This document shows positions 51,774-61,512 of a stretch of 64,000 nt of DNA, one piece after another. How positions within the stretch are numbered: the stretch's first letter is position 1; each line of letters begins with the position of its first letter. The translations under genes were made by a program, and so were the position numbers. The DNA comes from a virus. Lineage: Duplodnaviria > Caudoviricetes. The notes beneath the pieces are model-generated. The model was given only the letters and a program-made list of their open reading frames with translations. It was not told the DNA's origin and made no database searches. Where the stretch lies: the IMG/VR virus record IMGVR_UViG_3300032233_002329, positions 2,427-66,426 of that record; one strand, written 5' to 3'.

Positions 51774-52754
51774 ATGGCAGTTCCTGTAGCTGAGCTTCAA
51801 TCCATAGCACCAAGCGCAATCATCGAGTTATTTGTGCTGGAGCTAAACACCAAAATGCACGGTGTCAGCGATATCTACCGGTTTCATGCCGGTACGAACG
51901 CTGTAGGTACCAATGGCAACGTGGTCTGGGCTGGCGCAACTTACTCGGCAATGCCCATCGAGGCCGAGGGCTTCGAATACAGCGGCAACGGTCAGCTTCC
52001 TCGCCCGAAGATCCGTGTATCAAACATCATGGGCACTATCTCCGCCATAATCCTGTCACTACCGAACGGCCTCGAGGGCGCAAAAGTCAGTCGTATTCGC
52101 ACGATGGCACGCTACCTCGATGCTGTGAACTTCAGTGGGGGCACAAACCCTTACGGCACGCCCGACTCAACCGCCGAATTTCCGCGCGAGGTCTACTACA
52201 TCGACCGCAAGTCAGCTGAAAATCGCGACGTAGTTGAGTTTGAGCTGGCTTGTGCATTTGACTTAGTGGGAGTCAGGGCGCCAAAACGGCAGTGCATTTC
52301 CAACGTCTGCCAATGGGGGTACAAATCAGCAGAGTGCGGATATGACCCAACCAGCACGGGCGTTGCGCCTCTTAGAGCGCATTACGCAAATAACGGCTAC
52401 GCGGAAGGCAGAAACATCAACAGTTCTGGTGGGTTCAACGCAACTTATTACCTGGCTGTATATCCAGACGTTGCAGCTCTCTATACCGCCGCAACCGCAA
52501 ATGAACACTACAGAAACTATGGAATATGGGAGTTGCGGGTTGGAAATGCTGGCGGAATTTTCAATTCTGGCTATTACCTGACAACTTATCCCGACCTGAA
52601 CATTTTGGTTTATTTCAACGAAAACGATGTGGGGCAAACGAGCCCTGCGCTTGACGTATGTGGCAAGCGATTAAGCAGCTGTAAGGCACGGTTTGGGTCG
52701 TTGGCACAGCTTCCCTTTGGCTCTTACCCCGGCGTCGGCACTTACTTCACATGA
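51774..52754 (+). CDS. lambda gpL-like tail tip protein with an internal repeat insertion
   Basis: [32 protein letters not shown]...[14 protein letters not shown]...PFGSYPG. Confidence 0.9.
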   Translation: MAVPVAELQSIAPSAIIELFVLELNTKMHGVSDIYRFHAGTNAVGTNGNVVWAGATYSAMPIEAEGFEYSGNGQLPRPKIRVSNIMGTISAIILSLPNGLEGAKVSRIRTMARYLDAVNFSGGTNPYGTPDSTAEFPREVYYIDRKSAENRDVVEFELACAFDLVGVRAPKRQCISNVCQWGYKSAECGYDPTSTGVAPLRAHYANNGYAEGRNINSSGGFNATYYLAVYPDVAALYTAATANEHYRNYGIWELRVGNAGGIFNSGYYLTTYPDLNILVYFNENDVGQTSPALDVCGKRLSSCKARFGSLAQLPFGSYPGVGTYFT

Positions 52755-53479
52755 AAAGCACTATCCGCGCTACTGCACTTAAGCACGCCAAAGCCGAAGA
52801 TCCCCGCGAGGCTTGTGGGTTGGTCGTGGTTGTCAAAGGCCGTCAACGCTATTGGCCGTGTAAAAACCTCAGCCCCGAGCCTGGTGACTTCTTCACCCTC
52901 GACCCTGAAGACTTTGCAGCTGCAGAGGATGCAGGCGAGATCGTGGCCATTGTCCATAGCCATCCGACCACGCCACCACAACCATCACAAGCTGATCGTG
53001 TTGCTTGCGAAAAGTCCGGCCTACCTTGGTACATCGTTAACCCTAAAACAGAAAGCTGGGGCGAGTGCAAACCATCAGGATTCAAAGCGCCATTGATTGG
53101 CCGGGAATGGGTCTGGGGCGTTCAGGATTGTTGGAGTTTGGTACGGGATTGGTATCAGGAAGAGATGGGTGTCACGTTGCCGGACTGGGAGCGGCCGTTG
53201 ACCTATACCGAATTTGAAGCTGATCCAATGTTTGAGGGCTGCTGGCATGAAGCAGGATTTGAGCAAGTGGCTGAGGAAGACATTCAAGTCGGTGACGCGG
53301 TGTTGATGTGTGTCTCTGGCAGCGGCCTAAATCATGTCGGCGTCTACCTAGGCGACCAAATGTTGCTCCACCACCTCGGACCAAATCGGCTCTCTAGCCG
53401 TGATCTATATGGTGGATGGCTAATGAAATGCACCGGCTGGGTTGGGCGGCTTAAAATTGAGAAAGGGTCGGTGGTCTAA
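52751..53479 (+). CDS. lambda gpK-like protein (JAB plus NlpC/P60)
   Basis: REACG, VHSHP..PSQAD; DCWSL...NHVGVY..LHH. Confidence 0.92.
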   Translation: MKSTIRATALKHAKAEDPREACGLVVVVKGRQRYWPCKNLSPEPGDFFTLDPEDFAAAEDAGEIVAIVHSHPTTPPQPSQADRVACEKSGLPWYIVNPKTESWGECKPSGFKAPLIGREWVWGVQDCWSLVRDWYQEEMGVTLPDWERPLTYTEFEADPMFEGCWHEAGFEQVAEEDIQVGDAVLMCVSGSGLNHVGVYLGDQMLLHHLGPNRLSSRDLYGGWLMKCTGWVGRLKIEKGSVV

Positions 53480-54039
53480 TGCGCGAGATCAGGATCTACG
53501 GAGCATTGGCCAAGTTCCTTAAGCGTCGTGTCTTCCGCGCTGAAGTGGGAACTGCAGCCGAGGCCGTGCGCTTCTTGACGGCCAACTTCCCGCAGGTTGA
53601 GAAGCACATGGCGGATCAGCATTACCGGGTAAGCCTGGGCGAACGTGACCTTGCACTAGAAGAAATTCACGATCCTGCTGGTAAGCAGGTGATCAAGATC
53701 ATTCCGGTAGTCGCTGGTGCAGGTGCTGTGGGAAAGATCATCGCTGGGATTGCTCTGATCGCCTTATCTTTTATTCCAGGTATTGGTGCACTGGCTGTCA
53801 GCCTTATGGTCGGGCTTGGCACCTCACTCGTCCTAGGTGGCGTAGCCCAGCTCATCAGTCCTGTACCTAGGCCGCCTACAGGAGCAGACAGCACTGAAGA
53901 CCCACGCAAATCTTATAGCTTCAGCTCGATTCAGAACACGTCACGGCAGGGCACTCCAGTACCAATTGTCTATGGCGAAATGATTGTCGGGTCGATTGTT
54001 ATTAGCGCCGGCATTGACGTTGCGCAGGTGGCGGCATGA
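53479..54039 (+). CDS. lambda gpI-like tail assembly protein
   Basis: IIPVVAGAG, SYSFS, QGTPVPIVYG. Confidence 0.9.
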   Translation: MREIRIYGALAKFLKRRVFRAEVGTAAEAVRFLTANFPQVEKHMADQHYRVSLGERDLALEEIHDPAGKQVIKIIPVVAGAGAVGKIIAGIALIALSFIPGIGALAVSLMVGLGTSLVLGGVAQLISPVPRPPTGADSTEDPRKSYSFSSIQNTSRQGTPVPIVYGEMIVGSIVISAGIDVAQVAA

Positions 54040-57000
54040 CACGCATTGTTGGTTCTGGTGGCGGCGGTGGTTGTTTCCTAGGTCATACGCTTGTTCGCAC
54101 GCCTAACGGTGAGCAACGTATTGATGAGTTGAAGCCTGGCGATCAGGTCCTGAGTTTTGATGATCGTGGCACCCTCAGGCCGTCAAAGGTGCTCAAAGTG
54201 CATGAGCATGAAGGCGAGCGCGTTATCCGTTACACCCTCTGGGGCGGCGCAGTCCTGGATGCCACCCCCAACCATTGGGTGCTAAACCAGTTCAACGCCT
54301 TTGTTGAGATTGACAGCCTCGGCGCTGATGACTGCCTTGTTGACGCAAACAATCACCTGCGCCCAATCGTTGACAAGGCGGAACTGTGTACTGGCACCGT
54401 CTACAACCTTACCGTTGAGGGCCGCCACACATTTATTGCTGGTGGAATCCGTGTCCACAATGCTGGCCTAGGACTTGGCATCAGTGGCGCTGGCGGTGGT
54501 GGTGGCGGTGGCAAGGGCGGGGGCGGGACGCAACATACCCCAACTGAGGCAGCGCCGAGTCTGTTCTCTACTTCCTACGCCAAGGTGGTTGACCTGGTAA
54601 GTGAGGGTGAAATCTATGGATTGGTAGATAGCTACAGATCAATTTATCTTGATAACACCCCGTTACAAAATGCAGACGGCTCGTTCAACTTCCAACGTGT
54701 GACTGTTGACGGGCGCGGTGGAACGCAATCTCAGACTTATATCCCCGGTTTTGATGATATTGCGAACGAAGTTGCTGTGGGCGTGACGGTGCAACAGGCC
54801 ACACCAGTTGTTCGCACAATCACCAACCAATCCGTCAACGCAGTGCGGGTGACTGTTACCGTGCCGTCACTTCAACAAATACTAGACAACGGCGACGTTA
54901 TTGGTGCCAACATCATTCTTCGCATTTATGTACAGTACAACGGTGGCGGATACACTTTGGTTGCTGACGAAGGCATCAGTGGCCGCACATCACAACAATA
55001 CCAAAGGCAATATCTGATCGGCCTAGCCGGAGCATTTCCGGTAAACATTATGGTCAGTCGTGTAACGCCTGATAGTGGCAGCGTCAAGCTAAACGATGCG
55101 TTCAGCTGGAGTAGTTACACCGAAGTCACCTACGCAAAACTTGCATATCCAAACTCGGCATTGATATCCCTTCGTGTTGACGCAGAGCAATTCAACAGTA
55201 TTCCTAGCCGCGCCTATCGGATCCGGGGAATCAAGGTCAAGATCCCCAGCAACGGAACGGTCAATCCCTACACAGGGGCGATTACATACAGTGGAGTGTG
55301 GAATGGCATTTTTGGCGCGGCACAATGGACTTCAGATCCGGCTTGGTGTTTGTGGGATCTATTGACTTCAACCCGCTATGGCTTTGGCACTCACATCAAT
55401 ACAGCTCAGCTGGATAAATGGGCATTTTATTCCGCCAGTCAGTATTGCGGCGCCAGTGTAAGCAATGGCTTTGGTGGTACTGAACCTCGGTTCTCCTGCA
55501 ACGTCAACATCCAAACGGCTGAGGATGCCTACAAGCTGATCAATGATATGTGCTCGGTATTCCGGGCTATGCCGTACTGGAGCACCGGAGCGCTAACAGT
55601 CTCCCAGGACAAGCCATCAGACCCGGCGTACCTCTTCACTCTCGCTAATGTATCTGACGAGGGCTTTAGCTATAGCGGTTCAAGCTTAAAAACCAGGCCA
55701 AATGTGGCTGTGGTTCAGTACATGGATCTTGATCTGAGGAACACCGCTTACGAGGTGGTGGAGAATGCCGCAGCGATTGACAAGTACGGGGTTATCAAGA
55801 CTGAGATCACTGCCTTTGCCTGCACCTCTCGCGGACAAGCGCATCGCGTGGGTGATTGGTTGCTCTATACAGCCAACAATGAAGCAACTGAAACTGTTAC
55901 CTTTACCACGTCTATTGACGCTGGGGTTCTTGTTAGACCGGGCCAAGTTATTGAAATTAGCGATCCCATGCGTGCTGGCGCTAGGCGCGGTGGACGAATT
56001 CGCTCTGCGACAACAACCGTCATTACTGTTGACGACGTCACTGATCTGACAAACAGCGGAACGTACTCCAGGACTGGGAGTTCTGTTACAGTAACTTCTA
56101 CAGGGCATGGTCTGCTACCTGGGAATTCAGTCTGGCTTGATTTTACAAGTGGCCTAGCAACAGCCGACGGCTTTTACACTATTGTAACCGCAACAGTTAA
56201 TACGTTTACGGTTACAACTAGCGCAAGTGGAACTACAAGTGGAAACGTTTTGTGGGTAAGCAGTCCAAGCTTGTCAGTAATACTAAGCGATGGTTCTGTT
56301 CAGACACGCAGCGTTATATCCATTATTGGTAACAACATAACCGTTGCATCAGCATTTAGCTCGGCACCACTAACCAACAGTACTTGGATCTTTGAATCTC
56401 CAGATCTCCAGACAAGCACTTGGCGCGTCCTAAGCGTTACAGAGCAAGAAGATTGCAAATACGACATCACAGCACTGGCATATAACGTCGGTAAATACGA
56501 CTACATCGAGCGCGGCGCACCACTTCAGACTCGCTCAATCAGCAACCTCAATAAGGTCCCCGCTGCACCCACCAACCTGTCGCTTACAGAAGCGCTTTAT
56601 TCCTACCGCGACCAGATCAGCTCAAAGATCCTGATTGCTTGGCAAAGCATTCAAGGGGTCAATCAATACCTTGTCAAATACCGCAAGGATTCAGGCAACT
56701 GGACCACAGTTACACGGCAGAGCAATGAATACGAAATTCTCGACACCACGCCTGGCCTCTTTGAGATCAACGTTTACAGCCTGAGCGCTGGCGGGCAATC
56801 CTCGGCAACGGCTCTATCTGGAACAATTACAGCCCTTGGTAAAACCGCACCACCCAGCAACGTAACAACGTTTACGGCAACGCTTGATGCCAGCGTCGGG
56901 GTGACCCTGACATGGACTCCTGTCGCCGACCTGGACCTGCAGGGCTACGAAATCTGGCAGGGTCCTGCCTGGGGCACAGGCACATTGATTGGCCTATTTG

Positions 57001-58583
57001 CTGCCACCAGCAAAAAGCTGGCAATTCCGTCAGCGGGGACAACAACGTGGTGGATTAAGGCGCTTGACACCAGTGACATTTACAGCGCAACAGCGGCAAG
57101 TGCATCGCTAACACTTGTTGTGCCCCCCGCCCCAACTACGAGCGGCTCGTTCTCGGGTGCGGATTTTGTCCTTACCTGGGGCGCAGTTTCTGGCAGTCTG
57201 GCTACTGCTGTTTACGAAGTGCGTTACGGAACCACTTCCAGCACCTGGGCCACAGCAACCTCACTCGGCACAGTCAAAGGAACAACATTCAGCACCCAGG
57301 CCAATTGGGGTGGAACGCGCCGCTTTTTCGTCGCTGGCATTGACCTGAATGGGACAACGGGGATCAGCAACTATTTCGATGCTGTTATCACAGCCCCATC
57401 ACAACCAGTAATCAGTCAGCAAGTTATTGATAACAACGTGCTCCTTCAGTGGACCGATTCAACACAAACCTTGCCTATTGCCTCTTATGAGCTACGAAAA
57501 GGTGCAACTTTTTCTAGCGCAATTGTTATAGGAACCAAGTCGGGTAAGTTCACAAGTGTCTTTGAAACCACAGCAGGAACATACGTCTATTGGCTCGTGG
57601 GTATCGACACGGCGGGCAACTACGGCATTCCTGGCAGCGTTTCAGCGCAAGTCAATCAGCCGCCTGACTATGTGCTCAAGTTTGACCAAAACAGCACTTT
57701 TAGCGGGACCAAAACAAACTTGGCCGTCGAGGGTGGCCTTCTTTACGCCAGCATTAGCACCACAGAAACTTGGCAGAATCACTTCATCTCTCGCGGCTGG
57801 ACCTCACCACAATCGCAAATAACGGCTGGGTTCCCCTACTACGGAATGCCATCCCAGACAAGTGGGCAGTATTACGAAGACATCAACTACGGCACGGTGC
57901 TGGCCGGCACCAGGGTTTCCACCACGTTGACCAGCAACCTCATTGCGGGCGCCACAACAATCACGCCATCCATCAGCGTTCGCGGAGTCACAAGTACAGC
58001 AGCCACCTACTCGCAGACGCTGACCACCATCACTGTTACCTCAACGGCGCATGGGTTGTCGGCTGGAGCTTTGGTGTATTTGAACTTCACCACCGGCACG
58101 GCAACGACCGGCACCTACACAGTGGCGACAGCAGCGGCCAACACGTTCACGGTAACAAGCGCCACCAGCACAACCACCAGCGGCAACGTGTCATGGATCA
58201 AATGGACGGTTTACCCAGGCGTCAACACTGTTTTCGCCAACAACTTCCAGCACGTCCGGGTTCAATACGACTTTGCAAGCGCTGGCGGTGATGACCTGCT
58301 GCAGATCACAACCTTGAACACCAAGCTGGACTCCAAACTCCGCAACGACTCTGGCAATGGAACGGCCAACGCAGGCGATCCCAGCGGCACAACCGTGACC
58401 TTCAACGTCCCCTTTGTCGATGTAGACAGCATCAGCGTCACACCTGCGGGCACTACTACCCCAGTGATCGCCATCTATGACTTTGCGGATACGCCATATC
58501 CCACCACTTTCAAAGTACTGCTTTACAACACTGCAGGCGCTAGAGTTAGTGGAGCATTTAGCTGGAGTGCGCGAGGCGTCTAG
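54036..58583 (+). CDS. lambda gpJ-like central fibre with an N-terminal Hint domain
   Basis: LVSEGEIYG, YPNSA, DPAWC, EPRF; FN3-like repeats; Hint at aa 13-142. Confidence 0.9.
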   Translation: MTRIVGSGGGGGCFLGHTLVRTPNGEQRIDELKPGDQVLSFDDRGTLRPSKVLKVHEHEGERVIRYTLWGGAVLDATPNHWVLNQFNAFVEIDSLGADDCLVDANNHLRPIVDKAELCTGTVYNLTVEGRHTFIAGGIRVHNAGLGLGISGAGGGGGGGKGGGGTQHTPTEAAPSLFSTSYAKVVDLVSEGEIYGLVDSYRSIYLDNTPLQNADGSFNFQRVTVDGRGGTQSQTYIPGFDDIANEVAVGVTVQQATPVVRTITNQSVNAVRVTVTVPSLQQILDNGDVIGANIILRIYVQYNGGGYTLVADEGISGRTSQQYQRQYLIGLAGAFPVNIMVSRVTPDSGSVKLNDAFSWSSYTEVTYAKLAYPNSALISLRVDAEQFNSIPSRAYRIRGIKVKIPSNGTVNPYTGAITYSGVWNGIFGAAQWTSDPAWCLWDLLTSTRYGFGTHINTAQLDKWAFYSASQYCGASVSNGFGGTEPRFSCNVNIQTAEDAYKLINDMCSVFRAMPYWSTGALTVSQDKPSDPAYLFTLANVSDEGFSYSGSSLKTRPNVAVVQYMDLDLRNTAYEVVENAAAIDKYGVIKTEITAFACTSRGQAHRVGDWLLYTANNEATETVTFTTSIDAGVLVRPGQVIEISDPMRAGARRGGRIRSATTTVITVDDVTDLTNSGTYSRTGSSVTVTSTGHGLLPGNSVWLDFTSGLATADGFYTIVTATVNTFTVTTSASGTTSGNVLWVSSPSLSVILSDGSVQTRSVISIIGNNITVASAFSSAPLTNSTWIFESPDLQTSTWRVLSVTEQEDCKYDITALAYNVGKYDYIERGAPLQTRSISNLNKVPAAPTNLSLTEALYSYRDQISSKILIAWQSIQGVNQYLVKYRKDSGNWTTVTRQSNEYEILDTTPGLFEINVYSLSAGGQSSATALSGTITALGKTAPPSNVTTFTATLDASVGVTLTWTPVADLDLQGYEIWQGPAWGTGTLIGLFAATSKKLAIPSAGTTTWWIKALDTSDIYSATAASASLTLVVPPAPTTSGSFSGADFVLTWGAVSGSLATAVYEVRYGTTSSTWATATSLGTVKGTTFSTQANWGGTRRFFVAGIDLNGTTGISNYFDAVITAPSQPVISQQVIDNNVLLQWTDSTQTLPIASYELRKGATFSSAIVIGTKSGKFTSVFETTAGTYVYWLVGIDTAGNYGIPGSVSAQVNQPPDYVLKFDQNSTFSGTKTNLAVEGGLLYASISTTETWQNHFISRGWTSPQSQITAGFPYYGMPSQTSGQYYEDINYGTVLAGTRVSTTLTSNLIAGATTITPSISVRGVTSTAATYSQTLTTITVTSTAHGLSAGALVYLNFTTGTATTGTYTVATAAANTFTVTSATSTTTSGNVSWIKWTVYPGVNTVFANNFQHVRVQYDFASAGGDDLLQITTLNTKLDSKLRNDSGNGTANAGDPSGTTVTFNVPFVDVDSISVTPAGTTTPVIAIYDFADTPYPTTFKVLLYNTAGARVSGAFSWSARGV
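54072..54461 (+). mobile_element. 130-aa Hint (intein-like) domain, Cys1...His-Asn, with +1 = Ala
   Basis: CFLGHT, block B TPNH, block F/G VYNLTV...FIAGGIRVHN followed by A. Confidence 0.85.
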
Positions 58584-60248
58584 ATGGCTGATTGGACCCT
58601 GCCGGTTTTAACTAGCACCTACACCAACTTCCTAACAGAGGTCAAGAACCGCGACGTTGACCTGGCGCTCCAATTCGATGGGACGACCTCAACATCGATC
58701 CCCACCAATGCAATCCGCTGGGATTCGAGCGCGAACAGGTGGAAGAAATGGTCTGGCACTGCATGGGGTGAACTGACCAGCACCTATGCCCTGAATGCCT
58801 TAAGCGTCAGTGGCACTACAACACTCACAGGCGGCGGCACCAGTACCACAGCAGCAGTCGATAACAACAGCACCAACATCGCAACCACGGCTTATGTAGT
58901 TGGGCAGGCAGCCGGTACGGCCCCAATCGTGAATGGCACGGCAGCAATCGGCACGTCCCTGCGCTACGCCCGTCAGGATCACGTCCACCCAACCGACACC
59001 ACACGAGCCCCCCTCGCGTCGCCCACATTTACCGGCACGGTGACCATTCCCGCTGGTGCGAGTATCAGTGGCTATGCGACAACCACATCGCTGGGCAGCT
59101 ATGCGCCATTGGCTAGTCCAGCGCTGACTGGAACCCCGACTGTTCCGACTGCAGCCACAGGCACTAACACAACCCAAGCTGCAAGCACGGCTTACGTCGT
59201 AAGTCAGGCGGTCGCCAAAACAGGCGACACCATGTCTGGGAACCTCGTAATTCCTTCACTCAACGGGGGTCCACTAGCGGGAAATCGTAATCGCATTTTG
59301 AACGGCGATATGCTTTTCCAGCAACGTTTTACAGGAACCTATCCAATTTTTGGCGCTACACAAGGCTACGTTATGGATCGGTGGATAGGCTATACCACCA
59401 TTGCAGGTAATATGCGAATCTCGCAGTCATTAGATGCGCCTGCTGGTTTTAGAACTTCTCAAAAGGTTGAAGCTGTGACCGGAGCCACAATTGGCGCAGG
59501 TGATTACTTTCTCACAGCTCAAAAAATAGAAGGCTACAACGTTTCTGATTTTAACTTTGGGACAGCTAATGCAGTTACAGTCACACTTTCTTTTTGGGTA
59601 AAATGCTCAGTAACTGGAACCCATTCTGGTGTTTTAAGAAATAGTACTATAGCTCCAACCTATAGGGGTTATCCATTTACCTACTCAATTTCTGCTGCAA
59701 ACACTTGGGAAAAGAAATCGATTACAATTACTGGTGATACAACCGGCACATGGTCACGAGCAGGTGGAACTGGTCTAGAAATTGTATTTGACCTTGGCAC
59801 AGGTGCTACATACCGTGGTACAGCAGGAGCCTTTACAAGTTCCGTTTTGCTTGGCGTTACAGGTGCGGCATCACCTCTAGCTACAGCAGGTGCTACTTGG
59901 CTGATCACTGGTGTTCAACTTGAGCAGGGTACCGTTGCAACACCGTATGAACACACAAGCCTTGCGTCAACAGTGGTAAACCTCCAAAGGTATTATCAAG
60001 TTTTTGGCGAAAGTCCATTTTATTGGGGCACTGCTAGTTATGATGGAGCTAATTTCTATGTAACAGCGTATCTAAAGGTATCAATGCAGGGCACACCAAC
60101 AACAAATACATATTGGAGCGGAGGCTATCAAGCCGCTGGTGGAAGTATAACTTCGACTCCCAATTTAGTTCATGCTCAACTGTTGGCTACTACTTTTGGT
60201 AACTATGGTGCCCAATTAAACTTGGGCTGGTTTGAAGCGGAGCTGTAA
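58584..60248 (+). CDS. tail fibre with a C-terminal carbohydrate-binding-like domain
   Basis: ASPTFTG repeats; NRILNGDM...DRW...TLSFWVK...GVQLEQG..ATPYE...QRYY. Confidence 0.8.
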   Translation: MADWTLPVLTSTYTNFLTEVKNRDVDLALQFDGTTSTSIPTNAIRWDSSANRWKKWSGTAWGELTSTYALNALSVSGTTTLTGGGTSTTAAVDNNSTNIATTAYVVGQAAGTAPIVNGTAAIGTSLRYARQDHVHPTDTTRAPLASPTFTGTVTIPAGASISGYATTTSLGSYAPLASPALTGTPTVPTAATGTNTTQAASTAYVVSQAVAKTGDTMSGNLVIPSLNGGPLAGNRNRILNGDMLFQQRFTGTYPIFGATQGYVMDRWIGYTTIAGNMRISQSLDAPAGFRTSQKVEAVTGATIGAGDYFLTAQKIEGYNVSDFNFGTANAVTVTLSFWVKCSVTGTHSGVLRNSTIAPTYRGYPFTYSISAANTWEKKSITITGDTTGTWSRAGGTGLEIVFDLGTGATYRGTAGAFTSSVLLGVTGAASPLATAGATWLITGVQLEQGTVATPYEHTSLASTVVNLQRYYQVFGESPFYWGTASYDGANFYVTAYLKVSMQGTPTTNTYWSGGYQAAGGSITSTPNLVHAQLLATTFGNYGAQLNLGWFEAEL

Positions 60249-60254
60249 CTACTC

Positions 60255-60689
60255 ATGACTTACCAACTTACATCTGGCGACACTATCCTTCGCCTTGCCG
60301 ACAACGCTCTGATTCCCACAGATCCAGGTAACCGAGATTTCGTTGCTTACCTGGAATGGGTCGAAGCTGGCAACACCCCGGAGCCTGCACCTGAGCCTCC
60401 AGCACCATGGCCTGACTATCGCGGCTTCTACGACAGCCTGCTCATCAGCACGGCGTACCAGAACATTCGCACCCAAGCCGTTGCCAGCCTGCCGTTGACG
60501 CTCGCGGCTGTGGAGTTCAGCGCGGCCATGGGTGATGCAAAAGCTGGTGCCCCTAACCAAGCTGCACTCCAAGCCTGCATCGATAACATCGCCACCACTG
60601 CCACGGACCTTACCGAGGCCGACTGGACCGAGATCGGTGGGCTACTCGCCGCCAACAACCTGGCGGACCTTTACACCCTGCCTAGCTGA
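60255..60689 (+). CDS. fibre-associated protein
   Basis: IPTDPGNRDF..YLEWV..GNTPEPA motif typical of genes following fibres. Confidence 0.65.
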   Translation: MTYQLTSGDTILRLADNALIPTDPGNRDFVAYLEWVEAGNTPEPAPEPPAPWPDYRGFYDSLLISTAYQNIRTQAVASLPLTLAAVEFSAAMGDAKAGAPNQAALQACIDNIATTATDLTEADWTEIGGLLAANNLADLYTLPS

Positions 60690-60691
60690 CT

Positions 60692-60829
60692 ATGGCCGTT
60701 CGCTCTAAAACCGGTGTTGCTCGCATCGAGCACAAGCCCGGCCCACCGAAGACCACATCCCAAGGCCAGGGCCAGAACTCCCGCCCCCGCCGCCGAGGTC
60801 GTAAGCCCATGAGAGGTCAAGGACGCTAA
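60692..60829 (+). CDS. small highly basic protein (45 aa), missed by the ORF track
   Basis: MAVRSKTGVARIEHKPGPPKTTSQGQGQNSRPRRRGRKPMRGQGR. Confidence 0.65.
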   Translation: MAVRSKTGVARIEHKPGPPKTTSQGQGQNSRPRRRGRKPMRGQGR

Positions 60830-60886
60830 CCTTGCCTGACTTATTCATGAATAGGGCGCCGCTAATCTTGTTCCAGGAGAGAAACC

Positions 60887-61225
60887 ATGGCTGTAGCACC
60901 CGGCACCTATGACATCACGCTCCAGCGGAGAGCGGATCATGTGCTGCAGCTCCAGTTCAAAGACAGCACTGGGACTCCCATAAACCTGACCGGCTGGAGT
61001 GTGGCATCCCAAGTCTGGGATGAGGGACGAACTACAAAATTTGCAGATTTCACCGTTACCTACACGAACCGGGCGACAGGATTGGTCTCACTGGCATTGA
61101 CCGCAACTCAAACAACGCTATTTCCTGATTCCGCTTATTACGACGTATTACTGACCAATCCGTCAGGGTTGAAAGAATACTACCTCGAGGGCGCAATACG
61201 TACTTCAGAGGGCTACACAGCATGA
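60887..61225 (+). CDS. Ig-like fibre-attachment protein (BppU/collar-like)
   Basis: GTPINLTGW, GLVSLALTATQT, YYDVLLT. Confidence 0.65.
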   Translation: MAVAPGTYDITLQRRADHVLQLQFKDSTGTPINLTGWSVASQVWDEGRTTKFADFTVTYTNRATGLVSLALTATQTTLFPDSAYYDVLLTNPSGLKEYYLEGAIRTSEGYTA

Positions 61226-61509
61226 CTGCAGTAAACGTATCAGCAAGCTTTGTCACCATAGAAGCCTCTGATAGTAGTACTTCCACAATTATTCAAACTC
61301 CAACAGCGCCTGTTCTTGTTGATGTAATAACAGAAGGCCCTCAGGGTTCAGCTGGTGCTAGCGGTGCTTCAACATTTGCTGGGCTACAAGATGTAGATGC
61401 CACTTCAGTTCAGGATCAAGCTGTCGTGTACTACAACGCCATGTCCGCTAAATTTAAGGTCGATGGAACCAACACCATCCTGTCACTCACGGACGGGGGC
61501 AATTTTTAG
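61222..61509 (+). CDS. hypothetical fibre-region protein
   Basis: GPQG; FAGLQDVD; DGGNF terminus. Confidence 0.55.
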   Translation: MTAVNVSASFVTIEASDSSTSTIIQTPTAPVLVDVITEGPQGSAGASGASTFAGLQDVDATSVQDQAVVYYNAMSAKFKVDGTNTILSLTDGGNF

Positions 61510-61512
61510 AGC

